DNA from: Eledone cirrhosa
Taxonomy: Eukaryota
DNA length: 64,000 bases
Assembly: GCA_964016885.1 (NCBI GenBank)
Contig: OZ024741.1
Location: forward strand, 126,046,001-126,110,000
Direction of reading: 5' to 3'
Position 1 is the stretch's first letter. Every line of letters begins with the position of its first letter. The position numbers and the translations under genes were made by a program. Below, in pieces: positions 38,750 to 53,435 of this stretch. The notes beneath the pieces are model-generated. The model saw nothing but the letters and a program-made list of their open reading frames with translations. It ran no database searches and was not told the origin of the DNA.

Positions 38750-39660
38750 AAAACATCGGACAAAATCTCTTTACATTCCGAGTTCAAATTCCACGGAGAT
38801 CAATTTTGCTTTTCATTCTTCCAATGCTGATAAAATAAAGTACCAGTCAAGTACTGGGGTCGATATAATCGATTCCCTCTTCCACTAAATTTCTAGTTTT
38901 GAATCTAAATTATTATTATTAAGGTTGTAGATGTCAGAATCAGTTTTACGTTCTGAGTTCCAATCTTACCATGTTGACTTTCCCTTTCACCCCAGCTCCT
39001 TGGTGAATAACATAAGGACCAATCAAGCACCTGTGTCAGTATGATCGATTAAAACCCCCGAAGACGGGCCCCAATATAAGAATAAAACCTAGTAAAGAAA
39101 AATAAAACCAGGAAAAGAATTCTAAAAAATAGCGATTGTTATCGTAATATACTAAGTAGATGTAATATATGTTCTCTATAATGGAAATATCTACAAGAGG
39201 GAATATAGTTTAAAAAAAATTCTTTTCATTTTCTGAACCGTGGCCATTCTGGACTTGGGGTCGAGTATTTCGACCCCAGTACCTATTTTATTGACTGGTA
39301 TTTATTCTAATGTCGTGGGTTCGATTCCTGGGCTGTGTGTTGTGTTCTTGAGCAAAACACTTAATTTCACGTTGCTCCAGTATACTCAGCTGAAAATGAG
39401 TACCAGCAATAGCTGGAGGTTTAACCCTGCAATGGACTGGCGTCCTGTCCAGGGGGGAGTCTTGTACTTTCAGGCGCTTAACACCAGAGACTAGGATAAG
39501 TACTGGCCAAATGAACCTTCGGGCTTGAGACCTACTTTAGACTTATTTATTCTATTGATCTCCGAAGGATGAAATACAGAATGAAACTGGGGAAAGTTTG
39601 AATTCAGAACGTAAAAAGACGCAAAATATTTTGTTCGATCCCCTGTTTATTCTGTTATCC
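38750..39660. mobile_element. SINE cluster (family 1 fragments plus a nested second family at 39310-39545)
   Basis: gagttcaaatt...gataaaataaagtaccag; gggttcgattcc...ttcttgagcaaaacactt...gcaatggactggcgtcctgtccagggg. Confidence 0.7.
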
Positions 39661-40324
39661 TGCATCCGCTGATACATGAATACCTTGAGAAGAAATAAGT
39701 TAGGGTAAACACTACTTACAGTAGCCATAGAAATAAGTTAGATAGGGCAAACACTACTAAGAGTACCCATAGAAATACGGGTACATATATAGAAAAGTAT
39801 AAGATTGCTGGAAGCTTCTAGGAAGGAATGGAATATTTCGAACTCGGAACCTAAATATTGTGAAGCGAAACACTCAATCATTCGACCATTCTGCGTCCCC
39901 AACATAACTTCAATTGACATTACTCACTATCAGAAACCCTGTCAAACGAAGAAATTTATTGTGCATCATATATTCTGTTCCAATTAATTTTGTATTAGAA
40001 AGACATTCTAGGTGACATACCTTTAATTGTGATTTTTGTGTACACAGTAGATAATTGGCAGTAGTACTAAGATAACGTTAAGCATAATAGGGGGTGTATA
40101 TGAAAACATATACGATATGTTAATGTACAATAAACCCACGAGAGCCTCACTATAAAACAAAATAATATTTTTTCGTTATGAAAAATTATTTTTTTCTTTT
40201 ACTCCATGAACATGTCGCAGATATCTCAGGATCCGTTAAGAATGCCAGACAGCTGTTTCAAGATTCGGTTATCTCTCCTCAGTAACATTTACTCAACCGA
40301 TACTGAGATGAAAATAGACTAGAG

Positions 40325-40642
40325 CAGGGGCGTGCAACAGGCGATCCGCGGGCCATAATCCGGCTCGCCAGATCAGTCAGAGTGGCCCGCGATGACCGTT
40401 TTAATTTTTACCATGTAGGCTAATTTAGAATTTTTTTCGTAACCGTAATACAATTTTCTGTTAGTTGACTTATACTAAAGGGCTTCACTGATAGGGTTAT
40501 GTGTGTTATAATTTCCCAGTTTCATGTTATAGAAAAAAGTTGTGGTGAATCTTTGGAATAGTGCTTAATAAATATTAATTGCCCTAATAGTTGTTCCAAC
40601 GTTCAAAAGTGTCCCGCCAATAGAATATATTGTACACCTCTG
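40325..40642. mobile_element. hAT (Charlie-like) MITE
   Basis: TIRs caggggcgtgcaa / ttgtacacctctg; perfect 8-bp TSD gactagag (40317-40324, 40643-40650). Confidence 0.9.
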
Positions 40643-40929
40643 GACTAGAGCCGATATAGAGTTTGCATGATAAATTTTCTGGAGTTGATCGTTTGCATAT
40701 AGCAAATAGACAACATTGGCTGGAAATTCTCATACAGAAGTTATTAATCTAAACTCAGCTGAATATTTTTAATTCTCTTGAGAGACGGTGGAGTACCTGC
40801 GCGGTACAAATTGCAGAGAATCTGACTGCATTTAGTTTCGCTATCTACTTTCTCAGTTCGAATTATACCAAAAATGACTTACATTTTCGTTATTTCATTT
40901 TATGTAGACAGCACATCACCATACATAAT

Positions 40930-41475
40930 ATTTCATGATTTAGGCACAAGGCCAGCAATTTTGAGGGAGCGGAAAATCGATTAAATCGATCCCAGTGCGT
41001 TAATGGTACTTTATTTTATCAATCCCGTAAGGATGAAAGGCAGAGCTAATCTCTGTGGGATTTGAACTCCTGGACTACAGATTAATGAAACATGATGTAG
41101 TCCCTATATGGTCGCTCGTCATGCTAGAAATAGCAGGCAATCTCACTCAAAAACACACACCTCAGTCTTTAAAAAGTTCACGTTGTACAATATAGTTTTA
41201 GGCAAATTATTTAGGGATGGTCATGACTTGAACGTATTTGATATTAGATCTACTGTATCAGAGCTGACTTAGAAATAAACAAGTGGTTGCCTTACCTGCT
41301 AGATATAGCAGCCACATAAATAATATCCTCCCGTCTTAATAAAGAGCATATTTTATTGACTCTGAAAGGATGAAAGGCAAAGCTAATCTTAGCGGGATTT
41401 GAACTCCGGACGTAAAGGTCCGTAACTATATACCACAAAGCATGTTGTTCGATCAATACTGCCATTCTACCGCAT
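40930..41475. mobile_element. Composite SINE cluster homologous to 4605-5220
   Basis: Same truncation junction (ggacta.agattaat) and same downstream ~270 bp. Confidence 0.75.
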
Positions 41476-42474
41476 TAACGCCATACATAATAAAATTACA
41501 ATGAACGAGAAGTAGTCTCCCTTCGAGTTCAGATATGAAGGGGGCGCAACCTCATTTTTGGCCTATCATGCTTGTTAACAATTTTGCTGCTAACACATCT
41601 GAAATCACTCTTGGTTTTTATGATATAAAACTACTCTTATTAAAACTTTCCATCATAATTTTATTAAGTGTTTGTTTCATAATGTTCTAAACATCAGCTT
41701 ACTAATGAAAAAAGTAAGATATTCTATTAAATGCCTTCAATTTTTATTTATTTTCGGAATTAATTAAAACACACTTCGTTAGAAATACCGTAATGAAAAT
41801 ATAAAGTTAAAAGTGTCTAGTGTCTTGGCCACTGGGTACTAAAAACCATTGCTTGCTATACCACTGATTACTGAGTCAGCTTAAGAATTCCCACTGTGAA
41901 ATCACGTTTGTAATTCCTTTCATTTTACCATCGTGAGTGTAGCACCTTCAATTCCTTTAATACATTCATCCCCCTTTCAAAACTAGATTAAATTTCAAAT
42001 TAAATTTAAATAGAAAAGAAATGAATTCAATTTAATCTAACTTTGTAATTAGCTATTTTTCCCCTTCTTACCGGATTTTGATTGAAATCCAAGAACATCT
42101 GTTGACTCCAGTATTAGATTCCCAAATACTTAAGCTTTGTATTAATCATGAGAATTCAAGTTAGATTTAAAGTTATATAAAAATGGGGTTTATTTGATAT
42201 AGTTGATACCTTTTAATCGGAATATCTTCACATTTTAACAGAAATATTTTCTCAGAACAAAGCTTAATTTCAATCGAAGAAAGCCTTGAAGAAATTAACA
42301 GAATTTCTTGCTACGAAAGTGGAACAAACAAATATAAAAACAAGTCTTATGTGGCGCGACTGTGCTAATAATATTCCACGGTTTAATTAGAAACAACCAC
42401 CATGTATTAAAGATCAATATTGCATTTTAAATGTTTTATCTATGACACACACACACACACACACACACATACAC

Positions 42475-42505
<31 letters not shown>

Positions 42506-42507
42506 TA

Positions 42508-43620
42508 ATTGTTTCTACGTTAGGCACAAGGCCAGCAATTACCCAGTGTATTACTGGTACTTTATTTTATCGACCCCCGTAAGGATGAAAAGCAAAGTTA
42601 ACCTCGGCACACACAAATAATGATTTCTAGTATAGGCACAAGTCCAGTAATTTTTTTGGGGGAGGGAAAGTCGATTAAATCGACCCCAGTACGTTACTGG
42701 TACTTTATTTTATCAACCCCGTAAGGATGAAAGGCAAAGTTAACCTCGGCAGGATTTGAACTCAGACCATAAAGGGCCGTAACTCTATGCTGCAAAGCAT
42801 GGCGTCAGACCTTCTACCGATACTGCCATCCCACCGCCCTCTCACACACAAATAATAAAATCGTCCACCACCACTCTCTTTCTTTCACACACACTTTTAC
42901 CATACTCTTTCCATAAAGAATTTTTACAGCGTGGGATTAAAAACAGATTTCGGAGTTTCGAATGAGAAAGAGATAATTCTACTGTTCACTTTAATTTTCA
43001 AGTTGGCATCAATTCATATTATTTTCACTCATATTCTCCTGAAGGAAAGGCACGAACACTAAACAGAGTTATCCTATTGTGTAAATGTGTCATTGCGGTG
43101 AATTGGCAGTCTTGTCAGAGAGTTCGATTAAATACCAACACATTCCTCCGTGATCAATTTTACTTTTCATCTTTTTGGTGTTGATAATGTACCAGTTCAA
43201 GGGTGGTGTATTGGTGGATATTTTAAGAATTATGACTGGATGCAGTGTTGGACTTACCTATAAGCCATAGCTTAGGACAACACACCCTCGAGGGCCCGAT
43301 CAAAAAACAAAATATATATATTTTATCATTTGTTTTATTCTTTAACATAAAATCATCATAAACTATATATATATTATTTATTTATTCTTTATCATTAATA
43401 TTGGTTTTTGATTTAGACACAAGGCCAACAATTTTGGGGAAGAGGAAAGTCGATTAAATCGATACCAGTGCATTACCGGTACTTTATTTTATCGAACCCG
43501 TAAGGATGGAAGGCAAAGTTAACCTCGGCAGGATTTGAACTCAGATCATAAAGGGCCGTAACTCTATGCCATAAAGAATGTTGTCCGACGCTCTACCGAT
43601 ACTGCCAATCCATCCCCTTT
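42508..43620 (-). mobile_element. Family-1 SINEs at 42508-42610, 42620-42840, 43400-43617
   Basis: Core motifs; flanking direct repeats acacacaaataat and ctttatcattaa. Confidence 0.85.
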
Positions 43621-45304
43621 CTTTATCATTAACATTAATATAAAAAAATAATAATCATGTATAGTTATTCAACATTTTTTTTATCCAAATTGTTTAAGAG
43701 AAGGATCTCAAATTTCATATAATTTAGTGCCTTAGCAGGTGAAAGTCAATTTCTGACTCTGATTGGATGTGTTGCAGTATTTAATCTGATCTGGTTCTGT
43801 GCATTCTGAGTTCAAATCCAGCCTCCTGTCACCAGAAGAGTGGTGCCGTTTCTGTCAGGATTTGTGACCGATAGTATCGGCAAAGTGAAGACGAATGGAA
43901 ACAATTTCTTTGGTCCGATCTATCTGACGACAGTCAGCTTCTTTCATTTTTATATCTATGCAAGAAATTAATAAATCAAACAAATATGTATAGACAGGAG
44001 GTGAGTGCTAGAATTTTAGTTAAGGAGGCATTAATTGCATCAAGAATTCTGTGGTTCTTGTTTCAAATCTCATTTTTGTTTAATGGCCAAATACTGCATA
44101 TAAAGCTAATCGTGGTAGTTCGCATGATGTAACATAAACAGCAAAATTGGCACATCACCAGGATAACTGGTTGCTAGAAAATTGCTTCTTATCGTTTATA
44201 CCTATGGTTTTTCTAGATTGGTAACTCTTAGGTGAGTGGTTCTAATTTATCGCTTGCTTTACTACAACTGTAATCTTGGCAATGTGTACAGTTTTGGCAA
44301 GAAGTTGTCACAGAGTCTTAAAATCAACATGTTCAGAGTCTGATTTGAAATGTTTACAAATCAGTTATCGTTTTACGTCCCCTTTTTTCATGCTTGCATG
44401 GATTGAAGGATGCCCAGAAATTACCCTGCTTTCACGGTTTCATATGCGTTAAGCGACAGTGAAAGATGACTCGTCCTCTACTGGACAGGACGCCAGTCTG
44501 TCGTAGAGCTAACCTCTAGCTGACACTAGTACCCATTTTCAAAGTGTTTTAACTGTGGCCATGCTGTCTTTTTTTTTCTTTCATACTGTGAATCTGGAAT
44601 CTGATTATCCAATATGTTCTTATTTTTTAAAGTGTTATTTTGAGGAAGATTTGGATACGTTTTCTGACAAGTTAGTCACACGCTATAAAGTCGCGAGTTC
44701 GATTCTTAGCGGTGCGATGTGTCCTTAAGCAAGACACTTGATTTCATGCTGCTCCAGTCCACTCAGCAGGAAAAAAATGAGTCGTACCAGTAATTCAACG
44801 CACCAGCTTTGTCACACAGTATGTCATGCCGAATCTCTCAGAGGGCTGTTAAGTGCACATGTATCTGTGTAATGCTCAGCCATTTGCCTGTTGATTTCAC
44901 AAGCAGGCAGTTCCATTTGTCAAACAAATAAAACACTCATTATCGTTACCGATGTAAGTCCAATGCACGCGCGCACACATATATACATACATATACATAT
45001 GTATATATATGTATATATATGTATGTATGTAACGTGTATGCCAGTTTGTCACAACTGATTTCTAAAGGAATTAACCCATTTTGTAAGGAATCGTTAGTTT
45101 CATCTGACTTCACATCAAAAGAAGTTTTTAGATGGTCTTAGTTCGAGCTCATAGCTTTGTAAATCCCGAAATCCCTTTTGAAATATCTCCAAATAATTGA
45201 AGCACACTGGTCATTATATAGGATGTTTAAACATATATTAGATATCACTTGAAACGTAACTATTCCAGAAACTACCACTATATATAGTGGATTAGTGTTA
45301 TAAT

Positions 45305-45407
45305 TGTTTCTACTTTTTGGCACAAGGCCAGCAATTACCCAGTACATTACTGGTACTTTATTTTATCGACCCTGTAAGGATGAAAGGCAAAGTTAACTTC
45401 GGCGGGA
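45305..45407 (-). mobile_element. 5'-truncated family-1 SINE with 12-bp TSD
   Basis: TSD tagtgttataat at 45293-45304 and 45408-45419. Confidence 0.88.
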
Positions 45408-45799
45408 TAGTGTTATAATGATGACAAATTTTGAGGAATAAATCTTCTGTTGCTCAGCATTACCATGGTGGAAAATTGGCAGAGTCGTTAGAACGTCGGC
45501 TAGAATGCTTTACGGTATTCGTTCCGGCTCTCAATTCTCAGAGTTCAAATCCCGCCGCTGTCAACTTTTCCTTTCCTCCTTGCGAGGTCGATAAAAAAAA
45601 CGTACCAGTCTAGCATCAGTCTGGAAGAAATCTGTCGTACTCAGGCCTGGAGAGGGATGGCTCCGCCAGGCTTAAAAGGCCCAAGAAACGCCGTATGCCA
45701 ATACGGTGCCCCGACTATTCCCCCAGGAGTTACGAGACCATAATACATACATGCTCAACATTAAGTTTGCTCAGTCTCATTGTCCTTGACATTGTAGTT

Positions 45800-46140
45800 C
45801 TTAGGATATTTACATCTTAAATGATATCTAATTTTGGAAACACTCTGTACATCGCCATTACTTTTGGTTTCTGTAATTTCAGTTTTGGAAAATATCCCAG
45901 GCATTGATTGTTTTTGTTGAGATACCGGCATTTACACAATTGCTTCAAAGTTTCTGATGTTAGCAATAAAATAGTTAATTAGTATATTCACCCCTTGCAA
46001 TTTCAAACGAAGATCAGTTGTCTTAACAATGGTATCAGCCAGAAATGCCAAATTGCACAAACATTTTTGGTTCTTTTTATTCTATAATGGGTGTGCTTTT
46101 AAATATCTATGAAGAGTTTCACTACATCTTTTCTCCAAAT
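45800..46140 (-). mobile_element. hAT/Charlie transposase relic
   Basis: Reads CLCNLAFLADTI...DLRLKLQGVN, like the LAFL.DI...LN..LQG motif of Charlie/SPIN transposases. Confidence 0.5.
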
Positions 46141-46639
46141 GGGGAGGCAACGGGATCGAATGGTTAAGGGGTTCGCTTTGAAATCATTAGGTCACGGGTT
46201 CGATCCCACTGTGTCATTTTAGGTGTCATCATAACCTCGGGTCGACCCATACCTGTGAGTGAAATTGAGGAGACTGAAAATGTTTGGAAGCCTGTCGGAC
46301 GGACCGCAACATGTAATTCAAAGGGCCAGTCATGTGACAGTGTGCCATATTGAATTTTATTGAGTATTACGTTAAGGATACACGTGTTTGTGAAATGCTC
46401 AGTCATACATCAATTTCAGGAGCAGGCTGTTCCGTTGATCCACTTGGCGAAACAATCATCGTCGGAACTGCAATCTCCTTCTTTTGAAAACGGTATATAA
46501 CCCCGAAATATAGGGTAAAAGTGTAAATTGTTTTTTTTTTTTTACTTAACTATAGTGTTCACTCATTTATATCTAACTTGCATCCTACACACATGCACAT
46601 GTGCACACACACGAACACGCACGTGCACACACACTGGCA

Positions 46640-46746
<107 letters not shown>

Positions 46747-46950
46747 GTTACTAAGCAAAAAATAAAATGCAGGATATAGAAGGAATTCAGAGAAATATGT
46801 GTGCTATGTTGTATATAGAAAAGCAAGAGCTAACGTAAACACATTAATAGATAACTGGACATATTCTGCGTGATTTTGTGAATTATAAGGATTACAGCAT
46901 AACACTTCACACACTCTCGCTCAAGGTCAAACTATTAATGAAAAGCAGCT

Positions 46951-47010
<60 letters not shown>

Positions 47011-47018
47011 AGCTGCTT

Positions 47019-47049
<31 letters not shown>

Positions 47050-47106
47050 GCATACATCTAGTGAGCTAACAGGAAAACACAAACAAAACGAATGTACACG
47101 TGTATG

Positions 47107-47140
<34 letters not shown>

Positions 47141-47175
47141 TGTATATAAATATATATACATACACATACACATAC

Positions 47176-47252
<77 letters not shown>

Positions 47253-47356
47253 CATACCAACGTACATATATACATATGAGTATGTATATTTATATATACA
47301 CGCACACATATATATAAACATATATATAAATGTTTAGATATATACATATGCAGGAG

Positions 47357-47416
47357 CTTATTCCACGGCTGAATTCTTCGTTTCGACCCACGTTTAGTTA
47401 GCTCATCAGGAAACAA
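47357..47416 (-). ncRNA. Degenerate hammerhead-like motif next to (TA)n
   Basis: CTGATGA-gcta...gggtc-GAAAcg...cgTG-gaata; stems imperfect. Confidence 0.3.
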
Positions 47417-48265
47417 TGACTATTTAACTAAGAACATCTGGACACACATATATATTATTATTGTTATGGTTATATGTGTGTGCGTGATATAATTAGTTAA
47501 AAAAACATAACACAATCCTCTTATACATCGCCCACCACCAACAATGAAGGGAAAAAAACACGAAAACTGTTAGTTTTATTTATAACACAATACAAACTAA
47601 AAATTCAACATCACGATTACGCTACACGCTTAATAAACTTTACAAATAACCAGAACTGTTAAATAATTCTAAAATTTGTCGATGACAATTTTATTGGTAA
47701 CATTCATGAACGAAAAACTAGTAAAAAAATATATTTTATTTAACAAATTTAAATAAAATAAGGATAATGATATTTCACAAAACTTAAAAATCTTTAAGAG
47801 ATTGTATTCTCCTGTTCATAGTTAAATATTGGCAGTGAAATTTTAAATATATTTGTTAATTATTGTAAGATAACATTGCGTAAAGTTAGACAAAAAATAT
47901 ATTTAAATGAAACAAAAAAAAGAAAAGCGAAACAAGAAAAAGAGAAAAAAGAGAATGAAGCAATGAAGGAGAGGGAGAGAGAGAGGGACAGACTCTACAC
48001 CCCAGTCTGGCTGGTGATTTAGTAACATTCTTATGATCCTTTTCTGCTGACTACAACATGCAGCAGCAACATACCCCAACGATCACTCCGTTCAGACGGA
48101 TATATCTCTCTCTCCCCGTCTCTGTCCCTCTCCCCCACTCTCTTTCTATGTCTCTTTCTCTCCCCACTCTCTCTATACTTCTCTCCCCCCCCTCTCTCTC
48201 TTCGCGGTGCCAAGCGGTTTCGGCTTGCGTGTTCAACAAGCTTTTTCAAGGGTGTAGCCCACCCT

Positions 48266-48297
<32 letters not shown>

Positions 48298-48298
<1 letters not shown>

Positions 48299-48686
48299 TG
48301 TAGGGAAACATACTTTATTATTATTAATCTCCCTTGGTCGAGATAACATTTTGGTCGTTTTTACTTCTGCTATTTCTAGTGGCAGTACATTGACCTTTCC
48401 GCCCCTGCCTTCTATCTTTACACACGGCACTAGACAAAATTGTTTCTTCATCATTCACTCTCATCCGGGAACAGTTCTGTATGGCGCCAGTTCGTGATTT
48501 GAACTCGGGAATTTTATATTCTCCGAGTGAGAAGAACCCTCTGACGAAAGTCTTCTTCTCAATGAATTTCCGCACGGATTATTCATTTATTTTGAGACTT
48601 GAAACCGTGCGGTGAGGGTAATTATAGCATGTACAGTGAACTTTTTAAAATTTATTTTAAAACTTTTTCTTATTTGCTAAACCTTG

Positions 48687-48688
<2 letters not shown>
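48298..48688 (+). mobile_element. Short non-coding hammerhead element between (TA)n arrays
   Basis: ~390-bp insert containing the HHR fold at 48536-48619 and an upstream hairpin actcgg...ccgagt. Confidence 0.65.
48536..48619 (+). ncRNA. Type I hammerhead fold with long stem II and G at the cleavage position
   Basis: accct-CTGACGA-aagtct...aatgaat...attcatt...agactt-GAAA-ccgtgcgg-TG-agggt. Confidence 0.7.
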
Positions 48689-48746
<58 letters not shown>

Positions 48747-48945
48747 AGAAAACCACAGACCCTCCATCTCAACTCTACTTTTGAAAAGTAGAAGAACTGC
48801 GAAACCGGTAAAGGAACCAAATAAATATATATATTTTTTAAAAAAATAAGACTTCAGTTGCATTTTCGATTTCATTTTTTTTTCTTTATACTTTCACTCG
48901 TGTAGGACACCTCGGTTATTTTTCATTTTGTAAAAAAACCCTCAC

Positions 48946-49052
<107 letters not shown>

Positions 49053-49201
49053 GTATACACACACGAGCAAAAGTGAATGTGTATGTTTCACTGTATGTGT
49101 TCTAGGGTGTTTTTTTTTTAATTTCTTACCAATAGAGAGAGCCAGTTTCTAACAAAAAAACAAGACTTTACTTTCATTGAAATTTTGAAATCAACTAGGT
49201 A

Positions 49202-49255
<54 letters not shown>

Positions 49256-50597
49256 TATATATATATACGCATGATTGTGTGTGTATGAGCAGGTATGGAT
49301 GAGCATATGTGGATCTGTATGTTTTGTGTCATAGCTGTAAATGTACACATGTTTCTACATCTATACATATCTATTTGCAGTTATTACACGCAGTGTGTGT
49401 GTGTGTGTATTTATGTATGTATGTGAAATATTTGTTTTCTAATCAAGAAATACTAACGTCCTTTCTAGAAAACGAGCTTCTATAATGGCTCAGTGGTTTC
49501 AGCCAAATTGTTATTATTATTTTTTTTTAATCATTGCAGATTATTAACTGCGGAATAGAAAATATGATGAAAGACAGATGAAAGACAGATATTCGATTAA
49601 TAAAGGGGAAAGATCGATATAATTGATTAACTAGAGATAAGTTTTGTGCAAATGAAAGAATGAGGAATGATTGGATCTAAATGGGGAATGGAATTAGGTT
49701 AGAAATCTCTGCAAAAGAATTCTAGAAAATTTAGGTTTTTATGGTTATGATAGTAATTTGAGGACTGATTGGTTGTTGGTAGTATTGCTGTTGGTAGTGT
49801 TGTTGTTTAGCCCCAGGTCAATCTTGGATACGTATAAATATGATGTAATACGTTCCATTTATAATCATCTTCACATGTTAGTGCTGTGTATGACCACATT
49901 AGGCAGCGAATTGTCAATCGTTAGAGCATCGCACAAAATACCTTGTCTATAATGGTTTCTACTCTTTAGTCTAGGAGTTAAAATGTGTGCATTTATTCTC
50001 AAATACATGAAATAGATTAGAATAGATAGATACTTATGTTGGTGGTGATGAATATGATGTTGATAGTGGTGGTGGTGATGATGATGATGGTAGTGATGAT
50101 GGCGATTATGGTAATGATGGTAGTGATAATGATGATACCAAATAGACATCAGTCATCTTAAAGTGTTCAACATAGTAATGTTAATTACGTTGATGCACCA
50201 AATATGTATCATCTGAAAGTTGTTTGATGAACCGAACAGCCTGTTTGTGAAATTAACGTGCAATTGACTGAGCATTCCACAGACACGTGTACTCATAACG
50301 TAGATCTCAGATAGATTCAGCATAAAAGTGTATGACAAAATTGGTCCTTACGATCGTGAGTCGAACGCTTTAACCACTAAGCTACGCGCTCTCGAATACT
50401 CTACATTATATCATGCAATACATCCATGTTAAATTACCACCGAACATCTTTTTATCTGAAGTATACATTAGAAAATGTGTCTGAGATGTATTAAAAGGTT
50501 AAAGTGTCTAGAGAAGATAAGCTGTTATCGAAAGAAAAATGGACTTAGATGTTACAATATAAAAGTGCGTTAGTATTGTTTGTGTTATTTTATTTAG

Positions 50598-51150
50598 GAG
50601 GGCGGTGGAATGACGATATTGGTAGAGCGTCGGACAACATGCTTTGTAAAATATAGTTACGGTCCTTTACGTTCCGATAACAAATCCTGCCGCGGTTAGC
50701 TTAGATTTTTATCCTTACAGGGTCGATAAAATAAAGTACCATTAACACACTGGGATCGATTTAATCGACTTTCCTCTCTCCCTAAATTGTTGGTCTTGTG
50801 CCTAAATCAGAAACCATTATTTTTAATCATTTGTAGGGTGGTTGATTGGCAGAATTGTTAGAACGTCAGACAAAATGTTATGTGGTATTTGTTCTGGCAC
50901 TTTACGTTCTGTGTTCAAATCTTGACAAGATCAATTTTGCCTTTTATTTTCCCGGGTCGTTAAAATAAAGTACAGGGCCGATATAATCTATCCCGCCCAA
51001 CAAAATTGCCTAAATTAGAAGCCATTCTTATTTCTGAGTCCTTACTGCGCTACCAACATCGATTAGAAATTAAGTTCTGGAGTCGATGTAATCAAGTTTC
51101 GTCTCCCCGTAAAATCTTTGGCCTTGTGCCTAAATCAGAAAGCATTGCGA
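50598..51150 (+). mobile_element. Family-1 SINEs, + strand
   Basis: ggcggtggaatgac...ggtagagcgtcggac...gtcgataaaataaagtacc...ttgtgcctaaatcagaaaccattatt; another copy at 52435-52590. Confidence 0.8.
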
Positions 51151-51289
51151 TGATGATGATGATGAGGATAAGGATGGCGATGATAATGCTGGTGTTGATG
51201 ATGATGATAAAGAGAATGAATTGAAATGAGATCACTTTGAATGGAAATCGAAACTTAGTTACTCTCTACCGACTTGTCAAGAGCTTATC

Positions 51290-51875
51290 ATTTGCCCCGT
51301 GGATGATGTGGGTGGTTGACGCTCATGGTGAAGATTATAGTAATGATGATGGTGATAATAGTGATAATAATGATGGTCGTGGTGGTGATGGAGGAGATGA
51401 TGGTGTTGATGTTGATAATGATGGCGGTGGTGATAATAATGGTTGTGGTGCTGTGGATGATGATCTTGATGATTATAGTTATGTTGATGATGATGATGGG
51501 GGTGATGATGATGATTATGGTGGTGATGATGGTGATGATTATAGTGGTGATGATGATTATTGTGGTGATGATGATGATGATTATAGTGGTGATGATGATT
51601 ATTGTGGTGATGATGATGATTATAGTGGTGCTGATGAGGATGATTATGGTGTTGTTGATGATGACCATGGTGGTGGTGTTGATGATGATGATGATGATGA
51701 TTATTGTGGTGATGATAATGATGATAATGATATAGTGTTGATGATGATGATGATAATATTATAGTGTTGATGATGATGATTGTAGTGTTGAGGATGATGA
51801 TGATAATGATTATAGTGCTGCTGCTGCTGATGATGATTATAGAGCTGATGATGATAATGATATTGATGATGAATG
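51290..51875. repeat. (GAT)n/(GGT)n cryptic trinucleotide repeat
   Basis: Directly visible; a similar tract at 50035-50140. Confidence 0.9.
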
Positions 51876-52714
51876 AGATCTATTTTAATGGAATTCGAAA
51901 CCAGATGACCAAATAACCCATCACTCGTTCCTCCAAACCTCTCGTCACACAATACTACTTGAAATACTTACCGGAATCTTTAATACCAAATATTTCTTTA
52001 TTAATTCATCATCCGTATCCAAAGCCCTCCACCCCACATTCACACACACACACACATGTATATATACATGCACATACATATATACACACATACCCCCAAA
52101 AGGTGCTGACAGCAGTTTTAGTTACGCACACAAATCTTTTACTTGCTAACTCTGTTGTTGACATTCAGTATATTCTCTAGTACCTTCCTTCATCATACAT
52201 CTTTATTTATGTCTTTCATTGCTAATTTCCAATGTTCTCTGACTAATGCTTTAACTTTTTCTTATTATTTTTGCTCCAAACAGCTTTTTTTCCCTGTATA
52301 TATTTTACTTCTAAGTATTCATGTTTTAATTTTTTTATTTTTTTTTTAGATTGTATCTAAGGTGAAAAGTAAATGCCAAATAATCTACTTTATTTATTTA
52401 TTATTGGTATTTTTGAAGATATGTTTCTGATAAGACGGCGAATTGGTAGAGACGTTAGAACGTTGGATAGAACACTTTGTGGTATTCTAGGCGGTTCTCC
52501 GCGCCCTGAGTTTAAATCCCACCGAGGTCAACTTTGCCTTTCAATTTACGAGGCTGTTAAACTATACAATTTAATACTGGGGGTTGATATTCGTCCATAT
52601 CTTTTCTCTTTATCTATGTATCTGGCTATGCCAAGTTTAACTGTGGCACCACTACGGCATCACCGGGAGTTAGTGGTGATGCCGTAGGGGTGATGCCGTG
52701 TATGTATGTATTTC

Positions 52715-53415
52715 TGAAAGATATGTGCGAGCACATGCATATATTTAGTTTGATGCCCGAGAACGCAGTTACACTTACATCTACGACTGTGTCGATGAGT
52801 GTGGGGCTGAGAATGAATGAGATTAAGACGAAGTATCTGGTAGAGAACATTCAGAAACCAGAAGATTGTGAATCTAGGTGGGAAGCCGCTAGAGATGGTT
52901 GAGGACTTCCTGTATCTGGAAGCAAAGATTGGGAACGTAGAGGATGTGGTTGAGAAGAAGAGCAAAGCCTGGGCGGCGTGCCACAGTTTGAGATCGGTGT
53001 GGAAGTCGGACCTTCGTAAAGACCCGAAGATCCGTCTCTTCTTTGCTACAGTGGAGTCTGTGCTACTGTAAGGGTCTGAGACTTGGACACTGACCAAGAA
53101 ACTCACTCAGATGGTGGATGGGTGCTACACAAAAATGCTGAGGATGGCTCTGAACATTAATCAGTATACACTGAGAATGAAGAACTCAGGGCTGTACGGG
53201 AGCTTCCCAAAAGTCAGCTCGAAAGTAACAAAGGAGATTGAAGTTAGCTGGACATGCTCACCGACATTCAGAGTAGAAGAGGGAGACCGAGGTTGACATA
53301 TATTGATGCCCTAAGGACAGACACTGGTCTCTGGCGGACGTAGGACATGGCAGCGATGATGAAGGACAGAAACCGCTAGAGAGAACTCGTCCATGGATCT
53401 CGGGAATTTTACCTG
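52715..53415 (+). mobile_element. RTE/RTEX-like LINE 3' fragment
   Basis: VGLRMNEIKTKY, VEDFLYL, KIRLFFATVESVLL*GSETWTLT, DGCYTKMLRMALNI. Confidence 0.85.
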
Positions 53416-53435
53416 CCCTATATATATATTACATC

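Noticed and set aside
48481-48617. Possible host exon (ATG...CG/GTGAGG donor)
   Set aside because: No recognisable protein; the sequence is fully explained by a hammerhead fold in an insert between (TA)n arrays
48768-48815. Hairpin + GAAACCGGTA resembling an HHR 3' half
   Set aside because: No CUGANGA box upstream
51237-51764. Asp/Gly-rich 175-aa ORF (acidic biomineral-like protein)
   Set aside because: A (GAT)n cryptic repeat open in several frames and on both strands; no signal peptide or splice support
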